A stretch of 58,404 nt of DNA, filler included, from Sphacelaria rigidula (Eukaryota), in NCBI GenBank assembly GCA_964200075.2. It is 9 parts of 9 records of this genome, joined end to end, with 100 filler letters (N's around TTAATTAATTAA, not from the genome) between each part and the next. Parts side by side here need not be neighbours in the genome. Positions count along the whole stretch, not along the records: positions 26,005 to 32,404 come from CAXNAA020020302.1; positions 32,505 to 38,904 come from CAXNAA020020303.1; 7 more parts are not named here. One strand, 5' to 3'. A program made the position numbers and the translations under genes. Shown in pieces: positions 25,905 through 36,461 of the stretch (positions within the stretch are counted from its first letter, which is position 1; each line of letters begins with the position of its first letter). The notes under the pieces were generated by a model, which saw only the letters and a list, made by a program, of their open reading frames with translations, searched no databases and was not told the origin of the DNA.

Positions 25905-27059
25905 NNNNNNNNNNNNNNNNNNNNNNNNNNNNNNNNNNNNNNNNNNNNTTAATTAATTAANNNNNNNNNNNNNNNNNNNNNNNNNNNNNNNNNNNNNNNN
26001 NNNNCCACGACTCAACCACCAGAAGGTTACGAAGTTACCAACTGAGCCACCGGGGCGACCGGCAACTGGGTACACGTATCGACTGTTGCGTCCACGGCAA
26101 TAAGCGATAGATTCTATACAACACGCGGTACACTTCTCGACAATGTAATCGATTGTCCATGGTGTCAATGAGATGCGACCATTTGTCGGACACGCACCAA
26201 ACAAAAGACGCAAAAACGGGCAATAACTGCATCGTTGTCGTCCATATGTATAAATATATATGCCGCACGCACATGCCCATCCCTCCAAACTGAAGGAACT
26301 GTGGCAAATGCGCAAGGGCTGTGGGTGTGCGTATTTTGTTTGGGCTCTGTTGTAAGGGTTTGGCGAATAAGCAACGGTCCCTGTGCTGCCCGGTCAGATT
26401 TGAGGACTATTTTTGCTCTCGTGCAGATCAGAGAAAAGACACGAAGAAAAAATTGCACACATCAAACAGCTCATGAGCTACCTGGATATTACTTCTTACT
26501 AGAGCACCGGTTCGGGTCATGAACTAGCTCAGTTGGCCACTATTTCCGTATCAGGTCCAGACAGCGATGGACGCCGAGCATGTGGGGTAGCGGGAAGGTA
26601 ACGCTTAGGCTTATCTGACCCTGCTGTCACGTGTTTGTATTCTTGTACAGTGGATCCGAGAGTTATCTTCGATTAGCTACATCAGGTGGCTCATGACCTG
26701 TCCGACGCGTGGAAAATAGTGCGCACGTGTATTTCGTCAGGACCCAAACCGGTCACAGACGGACAGACAAACTTGAGCAAAAGCTTCTTCGCTTTTTTTT
26801 ATCGCCTCATCAGCACTAGCCGCAGTAGTTACAAGAGCTGCGATGTCATGCGGGGTATGATACACCCTCATGAAACTCCCCGGGGGCTGCTGTAGGAGTT
26901 ACGTGAGTTGCCCACGCGCGAACATTCAAAAGCTTTTCATCTTGATTTTGCAGGCTGAAATACTGCGTATGCACAGGTGCACAAAACCTTGGTAGATCTC
27001 TCCTACAGTGACCACAGCAGGTACTGTTACTTTGATTCGTTCAAAAATATTTCCAAGCC

Positions 27060-27407
27060 GGTCGCCCCGGTGGCTCGGTTGGTAACCTCGAAACCTTCTG
27101 ACTGTTGGGTCGAGGGTTCGAATCACGGAGCGATCCGAGATTATTCTCACATCATTCCCAACAGTGAAGAGCCACCATGTCGTGGGTACACAAAATTCGA
27201 CCCAACCGTCGACGAGGGAAAGGGACTGCTGAACTCTTCTCGCGATAAAAAAAAGCAAGCGCCGCAGGAGGAAGGTGGAAACTACAACAAAGAAAAAACT
27301 CCTGTGTTGGCCCTCCTCCTGTGTGATCCCGGCTGGTACGCCCACATATACCGAAAAGTGTAGACCGGCGTTCAGAATAGATGGGACGACAACACACACA
27401 AACACAC
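27060..27407 (+). mobile_element. tRNA-derived SINE, full-length copy 1
   Basis: A box TGGCTCGGTTGG, B box GGTTCGAATC, body homologous to copy 2, (AC)n tail, imperfect TSD TCCAAGC/TCCATGC. Confidence 0.85.
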
Positions 27408-27516
27408 TCCATGCGAATTGCATACAAGACGAGGCGGCTTGGTAGCCCGACGAACAAAGTGATCGAAGAAAACAGGTCTGGTATAGTATGAAAAGATTCC
27501 AAGTCCCATGATGACA

Positions 27517-27880
27517 CTCTGGTCGCCCTCGTGGCTCCGTTGGTAACCTCGACACCTGAAGGTTCGTGACCTAGGTTCCAATCTCGGTCAAGTCACACAA
27601 TCCAGGATTTCTTTCTCAAATCATACTCAAGTGTGAAGAGCGACCATGTCGTGAGTAGGTGATATTTTCGTTCTCGGTCGACGAAGGAGGGGGACCACCA
27701 AACCCTTCCCGCGATAAAAATTGAGGCAAGCACTGCAGAACAAGGGTGGGTGGAGTACCAAGATGAAATGAAGAAAACTCTTGTGTACAACCCTCCTCCT
27801 CTGTGACCCCAGCTGATGCGCCTACATGGACCGAAAGGTGTAAACTGGCGTCCAGATGACATGGGATAGCTACACACACG
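27517..27880 (+). mobile_element. tRNA-derived SINE, full-length copy 2
   Basis: Same head (GGTCGCC..GTGGCTCCGTTGGTAACCTCGA), body and (AC)n tail; perfect 10-bp TSD CATGATGACA at 27507-27516 and 27881-27890. Confidence 0.85.
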
Positions 27881-28757
27881 CATGATGACAGAAGCCAGGA
27901 GACAGAACTTACCCCCCAATTTCCCACGTCGTGAATCGACAGAAGTGATGCGGATCTGAAATGAACAATCAAATATTACTGGCAAGCGTCTTCGATTGCA
28001 CTTCTTGAAGCGTGGCCAACGGTTTGCTGCATATGCCGTAGAGGTATATCAAAGGACAAAACGTTGAACACAACGACAACCATGAAGAGTTCAGAGAATG
28101 ACACCGACATCGGGAAACGGCTCGTCATCTCATCCGTCCCGACTTGGGAAAAAAATGTCACGACTCGTGTGGAGTTGAAATTCTTTTATGGCCACGAACG
28201 TCGGAGCTCACATCGCCAGATGTGCTGTTCGAGGCAGTAGAAGAGCACTGCGGCACCAGAAATCGCGTGGGCACAGCAAACGCGCAAACTGTTCCACACG
28301 GAACTGTAATGTTTACGTGACACTTGATGCAGTCCAGCAGAGATGCCAAGAGCACGGTCACGTGTCACGCCCACCGGTACAGGCAATTCACACCAGGATG
28401 TACCCCTAAAGGGTCACGCCTGCTCTATAATAGTATTGCAACCACCGTAGCTACCAGAATGGCACCCTGTTTGTGTCGCAATCGCAAGGCCGCTGAGCTC
28501 GGCTGTGTCATGTTGAGACGGGTGTGCAACCCGGCTAGAGCGGTACTCAACCCTTCGCACAAGACAGAAGTACAGCATAAACATTTCACGGCGAAACTTG
28601 ATGGATTTTTCCCGTTTAAATACAGGCACGACTTCGTCGGAACAACGCCCAGCGACGGGGAAAAAATGGCCAGTAGTAGACCGAAATTGGTTGGTTCGAT
28701 GCCACCATGCAACAACAGGATGAACTGGGTTTCACGCGAACGTCCTCGCCTTCGACC

Positions 28758-29078
28758 GCTTTGTATGGCATCCAATCCGTGTTTGTACAAATATGAGGAT
28801 TTCAGCCCGTCTACAGCCGATCGTCTCCCGTGGATGAATTTTTAAGAACCCAGTCCGTTCGCAAGTGTTCGTCGCCTGGCTCTGGGGAAACCGGATCAAT
28901 TCTCCGATTCTCTGGACGTTAATTTTATATTTTTCATCACCTTCTCCTCAGATCGGCAGGAAGAAAAAAAATGCCGAACGGACTGGGGTCAGAAAAATGC
29001 ATCCATCGAAGAAAATTGGCTCTAGGCGGGCTGAAATCCTCATATTTGTACAAATGCGGATTGGTTGCCTTACAAAGC
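28758..29078. repeat. Inverted repeat with 104-bp arms (28758-28861 and 28975-29078)
   Basis: Arms align ungapped at roughly 85% by eye, with a perfect 28-nt core TTTGTACAAATATGAGGATTTCAGCCCG. Confidence 0.9.
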
Positions 29079-29177
29079 AAGCGGTTTCATCATCGATGTC
29101 GTCATACGAGGATCCCATGAACCAGCGAGTACGCATCGTCCTTCCACCCAACATGGGGCGAAGAGACACTAGCTCAC

Positions 29178-29231
29178 CTGGGAGTCGATGAGGTTCATCA
29201 CAATCCTCGTGGAGTGAAGTTGTAAAATTGT
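29178..29231 (-). CDS. Putative exon 4 (TILQLHSTRIVMNLIDSQ)
   Basis: CTTTTTCTTCCCGCAAG| acceptor, CAG|GTGAGC donor, 54 nt, phase 0-0. Confidence 0.45.
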
Positions 29232-29393
29232 CTTGCGGGAAGAAAAAGCTGCTGGCGTGACTCGATGACCAACCAGTAGGAGACGGAAATACTCAGCCAA
29301 GTATAGAATATGGCCACAATCCGAACAGGGTGGGAATCGATTGTTCAAGGTTGATCATTCTTTGACATATATGAATAGGAGTCTGGTAGTCAC

Positions 29394-29528
29394 CTTTTGC
29401 GGGGCGTTGGTGTTGGCCTCGCGCTCCCTCATGTTGAGAACGCGCTGTACGTTGGTCATACCGGGTCCTCGCCTCCCCTTGCGGTTTTTGCTCATCATCG
29501 TCACACTCCCGCCAGTTCGCGACCACCG
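29394..29528 (-). CDS. Putative exon 3 (RWSRTGGSVTMMSKNRKGRRGPGMTNVQRVLNMREREANTNAPQK)
   Basis: TTTTCTGTTGCAG| acceptor, AAG|GTGACT donor, 135 nt, phase 0-0. Confidence 0.5.
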
Positions 29529-30989
29529 CTGCAACAGAAAATGACCATTCGTCGAGGGAGGGGACCGGGAGATTCACACCGTCAGTACGAAAAATTGCGG
29601 GACAACAGAGACGATGCACGTGAAGTCAAGACGCGGCCCCTCATCCTGTAGTACTTACCGACGGTTAAATCGCCTCCGGAGTGCCACTGCACATAACTGC
29701 GTGTGCTTGCTGTTGAGTGGGATATTGTGGGAGGGGGGGCTTAGCCACGTGTGGGCTGTGAACTTGCCATCTGACGGCGTGTGAGCAAAGTGCAGTATCT
29801 GGAGAACGGCGTTTTGCGATGCTGGGAGCGCCCGAACGTGAGTGCATACGGGACATAACGGCGAGCATACCTCTTCGTAACACAATTTGTAACCCAACAT
29901 TCCTCGCTGAGCACGTCTCGACGAGATCTCTGGGTATAGGGAGCCTCTCGGAAGTGTAGAATACGGTGTTTCGACGAAATCAGCGTCGGGATTCCATCAC
30001 CTCATGGTGCGATTAGCATCACCTTAGAGCACAACATCGTGTGATGAAAACGCGCAAGGCGCCAGATCACCGACAGACGCTTTACGGTATCGACCACTGC
30101 GAACGGGTGTTGTACTATAGGACACAATCGATTCGATTCAACCACATGACTAATTCACGCCTTGGGGACCACGGAAGGGAGAGGATGTTGTCATCAAGGG
30201 TGGTGTTCGCACACTGAGAGAAGCTGCTCAGCTATAGGGTCGGGGGTTGCCGATGACAGTGTTTCGGAAAAGGGTCTTGTACCCGTTTAGTTGGTACGAA
30301 AGTACTATACTTCAAATGGCATGGTCGTGAAGCTGTCAATTGGGGGTCGAAACAGTTGCGCTTATAGCAGCACTGACTTGCGGCAACGGGAACAGGGTGA
30401 ACCTAGACTACCGTGAGGGTTTCAATTTCCCGCCTTCAACGAAACAAACATAACTCACAAGGCCAACAAAAACTTGTGCTGTAAGTACTCACACACAAGC
30501 ACAGCAGGCCTTGGAGGGGCAGATTTTGACAGTGGTGCAGACCACTGTACTGTTTGGGCGACACGTGAACCAAAAATCTGAGGCAACTTTCATTCGAGCT
30601 CCTTTATGAGAGCAACGTTCATCCCTCGACACGGAGGCAGGGAGAGGGGGAGAGAAAGTAAGGTATACAACACCGTGCGCTCTACTGACAGTCCAACATA
30701 CAACAGCGGACAGCAATACAGTGAAGAAAACAACTGTACCCTGATAGAGTGTGCGGCTCCGCTGCACTGACTTGGTTTCATATTGCGCTGACCTGACTGT
30801 ATGAGCAAAATTAGGGATGCCAAGCACCAAACGTTGCTCTTCTGCAAAAGCGGCCGAGGTGGTGTGCTCAGGTGTACCGTACATACATATAGAACCTCAT
30901 GCACACCCGCGCTCTGGGTTCACAGAGGCGCAGGTATCTCGCTACACATGGTGTTTTACATGATAGGATAGAGTTGCTGCCTACTGTAC

Positions 30990-31046
30990 GTTTGATCCAT
31001 AGTGCAGTGATGTCCTGTAGCTGCCCCGTGTAGCCTCCTCCTCTGC
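30990..31046 (-). CDS. Putative exon 2 of the same gene (AEEEATRGSYRTSLHYGSN)
   Basis: TTCAAG| acceptor, |GTACAG donor, 57 nt, phase 0-0. Confidence 0.45.
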
Positions 31047-31220
31047 CTTGAAGTGTGGTGCCCCGAAACATGACAAAAGGGAACCCAACATGATTGAGCC
31101 TAACTACACTACTCTTACACACATGCTTGAAGGATTATAAAGAGCACATGCTATGTCTACCATGATGCTATGCCAAGGCACAAGATATATCCCAGGACAC
31201 ACGTACTGCAGCGCGCGTAC

Positions 31221-31391
31221 CTGCGGGGGCTCGGTAACCGGGGCCTGCGTTGTAGGATGAGAGGTGCCATGAGCTGCCAACGCACCCCGCCCAACTGTCG
31301 ATGGCACGAAGTAGAACGAGTTTGCCAGGGATAATCCGGCCATGAACAATGTGACCAGCATAACATCCGTCGATCTCCTTACGGTAGCCAT
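31221..31391 (-). CDS. Exon 1 of a putative plastid-targeted protein (signal peptide plus transit peptide start)
   Basis: MATVRRSTDVMLVTLFMAGLSLANS-FYFVP resembles the heterokont ASA-FAP cleavage motif; ends at CAG|GTACGC after 57 codons. Confidence 0.6.
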
Positions 31392-33334
31392 CCCGCCCTA
31401 GGGTGTTGTATCTGATCTCGTCGTCACTTCGTACTAATCAGCGACGTCCGTGCACAGACCGTCCTGAGTAACACAGAAATGTTTCGCGTTACGCATTGGT
31501 CATTATTTTTGTGCGAAACGGTGCTTTTTTTTTTGCTGTCCGTGATGGAAGGGAGGATAGAGGACACAAGGCCATAAAGAAGGAAGATGTGCCCTGTATA
31601 ATTCAGTACAACAGGACGAGCAGGGTCAGCCAAAAAGTGGATTCAAGATCTTACATGGCCATATCTCAACGACGCAGACGAATTGGACCGTAATCCGCAC
31701 GCCTTAGTAATCGTCCATTCAAGGAACACATCTCAAGAGCCCGGTTAATGTATTCTCGTTTTGATTACTGCGGTAAAAAACACGATGTCGAGTAAATCCC
31801 CTGACATACGAAGATACCTTGACTGAAGTATATATTATTGCTGGATACAAAATCCCGGAGGATATATATACAGCGGATGGCAATGTTTTTGGTGTGAACA
31901 TTCCCTGGGGAACGGGAAAATGGCCGATACCCTCCCCCTCACCTGATAATTTGATGTATATCTAGGGATTGTGGCGCCCATAGTGTTTGATACTAAATTC
32001 GACATACCACGAGCGACGGACTAAATGCACTACTACTGTTGTTGTAAATCTGGATCATTTTCGTGTCTCAGTTCGAAGAGCTGTCTTCGTGAAATTTGAT
32101 GCGGAGAGTATCGCATGGATGGGCAAAATGCTGTCAACACCAGCAGATTCTAAGGGCGTTTCTTGGCACTTTTTTTTTCGATCGAAAAAGTGCGATCGAA
32201 TTTTTTTTGTGTCATCTGATATAAGTCCACCGCATTTATGTTCCTCGAAGGCTTCAACTCAAAATTATAATTAGCAGCGCGCGGAGAAGAAAGCAACGAG
32301 TGAAAAAACATTTTTTTTCTATCGAAAACGTGCAATCGAAAGGCACGAAGCGGCACCTGACTCTTATCTCCCAGACCATCGCGCCAAATAACACTCGTTC
32401 ACAGNNNNNNNNNNNNNNNNNNNNNNNNNNNNNNNNNNNNNNNNNNNNTTAATTAATTAANNNNNNNNNNNNNNNNNNNNNNNNNNNNNNNNNNNNNNNN
32501 NNNNTTTTCCCTTTTCCCCCTTCCCCCCCCCCCCGGGGGGGGGGGGGGGGGGGGGGGGTAAAAACCGTTTTCTAGTCTGTAAGGCCCCTTGCTTTTATCC
32601 CTGAGTTCTGCTTTTTCCCTGAAACTCTCTATTTGACTCACTCGACGATGTCAGGTTTTCCTTGGGGATGGTGAAAAAGGTTAATGTATCGACAAAGAAA
32701 CACTGGGGTGGACTCTAGGATAAGAAGCTAGCGGGCGTTGACAGGGTAAGTAGTCGAAACGGCCGAACAACGCACCGCAGATGACGAGCTTACAGGGAAC
32801 CCCCACTGGTGTGGTAGTTTTCGCAAGGGAGCATCATATTTGGTGGCATCATTTTCGGTGTTCTGCGGTTGACCTTTTGAAAATTATGGCTTGAACAGGA
32901 ACGATCAGTGCCACAGCAGGAATCCTCCGCCCCCTCGCCGTGCAGCTAGTTTCCCGATGCACTTCGGGCATTTTCCTACATCGTGGGTTGCGCTGGGAGT
33001 TTGAAGACACTACTACCTAGTGCGCCCCACATGGCCTACGCAGCGGGTGATGTTTGTGTACTATCACTGGATGAGCTTGTATGAAACACCCGGTATCTGA
33101 TATGCCCTGGTAGGCAGTGGCCGGGCAAGTGAAGGCTACTTGACCGGTTGTGGAGGCAGTGTACAACACGGCTGTTGACGGCGACAAGCAGAGAAAAAAA
33201 CCGCGCCATATGGATGAACATCGAGAGCTTGTGACGAGCCAAGCCGAACGCACCCCCCACCCAATTCGTAACCAGGCTTCAGTTCGGGCGGCCTCATCAT
33301 AAGTCAAATCGCTGCTGCACCACGTTTTTGTTAG

Positions 33335-33730
33335 TGTGTGTTGTGTGCGTTGTCACCCCGTCTATTTTGGACGCCAGTCTACACTTTCGGGACATGTGGG
33401 CGCATCAGCCGAAGGCACACACAACAGTGTTTTCGTGAGATTGAGAGTGAAAAGCGGCCAACTAGTAAATGAATCGTTTCAGTTCCGAAAGACCCCCTCC
33501 ACGGGGCCCGATATGCTTTTTGTGGTAGCTTGCCACTGAGGCCCTCGATATCGCCGAGTAGGATATCGACGTGTAGATGTAAGCACACGCTCGTGATGGA
33601 GGCAAAGAAGAGGGCATACGGAATGAAAAAAATAGCGAAGCAACCGCGAATGATAAAAGCCACCTCAATCAGCGCTCTGCTCTCAATCTCACGAAAACAT
33701 TGTTACATGAGGAAAACCAACACGGGAGTT
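33335..33730 (-). mobile_element. 3' fragment of the same SINE family, interrupted by a MITE
   Basis: Reverse complement matches the SINE 3' end (TGTAGACTGGCGTCCA, AC tail); homology resumes after 33702 (GAGGAAAACCAACACGGGAGTT). Confidence 0.7.
33425..33702. mobile_element. MITE with CAGTGTTTTCGTGAGATTGAGAG terminal inverted repeats
   Basis: Left TIR at 33425, right TIR CTCTCAATCTCACGAAAACATTG ends at 33702; another left TIR at 38843. Confidence 0.8.
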
Positions 33731-34890
33731 CAGACTCGACAAAAGGAACTGAGAGCAATGTGACAAGTTCAGCGGGCTCCTACTTCAATAGATCAGTTTT
33801 GGGGTGCGCAGTCTGGGTTCAGTGCTCGTGTGGGGTGGCGGTGCAATCCGAAGGGTGCAGTTTCAGTGGATGGAACACACGGGGGATGTGAATTCGAGAC
33901 GGGATACGTTGCGATTCGAATCTTGGGTAGAACCGTGCGATATTCGTAATTCGTAGGGTTGAAGCTCACGAGTCTAAAGCAGCTGCACATCGTGCCATCC
34001 TGTCACGGCATGCATGCGACGTTCAAGCACCGCCCAACGCACGGCATCTAGGAGCAAGAAAAAACGGAACATATGAGTCAGTTCAGACAACAGTAGTGCC
34101 ATGCTGTACTCTCAGGCGTTTCTACTTTCAATGAGAGCCATGGTAGGAGCGCGTCCGCCAGAAGAGCACTGCGCTGGGCCACATCCCGCTCTCGGCAAAC
34201 GTCATGAGTACAGAGCGGCAGCAGTTCAATCACTCGACACATCATATCTTCCTGGACATAGGTGTGCCGTTCGAGATCCAGAGGATGAAAAGTTTTCGGA
34301 GGCAATCGCGATATGTACCGAGTGAGGGAGGCATGGCGCTCATGGACCAACCTCAAATCGAGCTAGGTGCGGGTAAAAAGCGCGGTCGAGCAGGAAGACA
34401 GCTGTACGTGATTTCATGTTCGCTCGTGTATTGGCTGCATGTACCACCCTACTTCTTTACTGTTCTACGGTACTGCGTGCATGCGCCCGCGTCAATGCGT
34501 GCACACACACGGAACAACGAACAGTGACTTTCTGAACCCCGCCGTACATCACCGGACTGACCTGGTTGTACCTGTGTGAAGAGCAGATGTAGAGAAATGA
34601 TCCTCGCTCAAAATATCTAGCGTATGTCCTTGATTGCTTTCCTCACTGCGCGTTCCTTCGTTCGCAAAATTGTGTTTGTGCACAAGTGTGATGGGTGACT
34701 GGGCAGGGATCTGGAGTTCCGAACTCAGGAGAGCCAGTTCAGTTCTTCATTTTTCTGAATGAAAAACCTTCGCCAAAAACGTGTCCAGCTCAGATCCGCA
34801 CGACGGTACTTACTGTCTGTACAACCCTTCTGCTCCGGAGTAATATTTTCACAAAAATGCAACAATAATGCACATCACAACTCTTATTTT

Positions 34891-35408
34891 CTCTTTTTCA
34901 ATCCTTCCTTTAACTCTCTTATACCTGGTAGACAACAGGGCGGTGCAACGATGTCGTACAGCAAGTAAAATGCACGGCCCAATTTGGGGAGGTTTGAGCT
35001 AAAAATAACCACAACCTGGAAAAGAGATTATATTGTCAAAACGTGTACAACAGTAGTACTAGTGCGTCCAATATAGACTATTGTGTACATTTTATATTTC
35101 AGAATCTTGAACTAGCTCTAACTTATACTGATTCTTCATTCTTCATACTCTTTTTCAATCCTTCCTTTAACTCTCTTATACCCAAGTTATACCAGGTAGA
35201 CAACAGGGCGGTGCAACAATGTCGTACAGCAAGCAAAATGCACGGCCCAATTTGGGGAGGTTTGAGCTAAAAATAACCACAACCTGGACAAGAGATTACA
35301 TTGTCGAAACGTGTACAAAAGTACTGCGTCCAGTACAGATATTGGGTACATTTTATATTTCAGAATCTTGAACTGGCTCTAATTTATACTGATTCTTCAT
35401 TCTTCATA
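34891..35408. repeat. Tandem duplication of an about 257-bp unit (34891-35147 and 35148-35408)
   Basis: Both copies run from CTCTTTTTCAATCCTTCC to GATTCTTCATTCTTCATA with a few substitutions and indels. Confidence 0.93.
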
Positions 35409-35444
35409 CGAGCTGGGCCAGCCGAGAGGCGGATTTGCAGTTTG

Positions 35445-35763
35445 AAGGCCCATGCTCCGCCCAATATTTGGAGTTGAAGCGTAAAATTTGGTATGGACAG
35501 TGCATAGGGCATGAAAAAAATATCACGTCGGTACCATTTTATTTTTCAACAGTTAGGGACATTTTACTGATTGATTGAATGGTTGATTGTCGCACTTTAA
35601 CTGACCTCTCTCAGGGGTCAAGCCGTGGTCTAATACTGATTATTGCCCTTAAATCAATAAAAAAAAGTGAATGGTACCGACGTAATTTTTTTTCTTGCCC
35701 TATGCATTGTCCATACCAAATTTTACCCTCCAGCTCTAAATATTGGGCGGAGAATGGGCCTTT
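35445..35763. repeat. Inverted repeat, about 95-bp arms with about 130-bp spacer
   Basis: AAGGCCCATGCTCCGCCCAATATTT...CGTCGGTACCATT pairs with AATGGTACCGACG...AAATATTGGGCGGAGAATGGGCCTT. Confidence 0.88.
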
Positions 35764-35957
35764 TAAAAAACGGGTCGGTAAAAATTCGGAGCAGTATTTC
35801 GCAGGCCACTCACCGGCCCACGTTTCGTTTTCGTGTATTGAAATTTTGTGTGGACGCTCTCTAGGACATGATCAACAATATTCAGTGGGTCAGGTTGTTT
35901 TCATTTTTTTCACTGATTTAGGGCGTTCTAGTATGGTAAACCATTTCTTCACGATAA

Positions 35958-36461
35958 GGCCGGATGTTATGGCAAACAGACTTTTGGCCCCACGGATTCT
36001 TCACTTCTGGTACATTTGAGCCACTTTTTGACCCTCAAACAGGGAAAATCCTCAACACACGTCTTGGATACTTTGCGTCACCCCACAGAGAGGAGCCTAG
36101 TCTGCTTTTCAGATTTGCTTGGCTCCGAGGTTTCGAGTTGGCCGCTGAACAAAAATTCGTGCGCAAAAATCTGTGCTTCCCGACCCCCCCCAGTTTGGCC
36201 AATAATCTGTGGATCGGCAAGCAGGCGGGGGTCGGGAAGCACAGATTTTTGCGCACGAATTTTTGTCTAGCGGCCAACTCGAAACCTCGGAGCCAGGCGA
36301 ATCTGAAAAGCAGAATAATAGGCTCCTCTCCGTGGGGTGATCTAAAGTGTCCAAGACGTGTGTTGACGATTTTCCCTGTTTGGGGGTCAAAAAGTGGCTC
36401 AAATGTACCGAGTGTGAACAATTCGTGGGCCAAAAATAATCTGTTTGCCATAAAATCGGCC
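35958..36461. mobile_element. Foldback/MITE-like long palindrome, about 230-bp arms with about 38-nt loop
   Basis: The + and - ORFs give nearly the same peptide (GTFEPLFDPQTGKI...FVRKNLCFPTP); the arm end recurs at 39027-39073. Confidence 0.88.

Noticed and set aside
27060..27140. Functional tRNA genes (also 27521 and 6198)
   Set aside because: Acceptor and anticodon stems are broken; at 27060 and 27521 the heads continue into SINE bodies with tails and TSDs
32505..32560. Poly-C/poly-G tracts as G-quadruplex elements (also 45307-45330 and 45570-45590)
   Set aside because: They sit at contig edges with low-complexity, error-like flanks and are probably why the assembly broke
34116..34366. 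Functional exon RFYFQ..ERVRQKSTALGHIPL..QIELG
   Set aside because: Two in-frame stops near its 5' end and no recognisable family; at most a pseudo-exon
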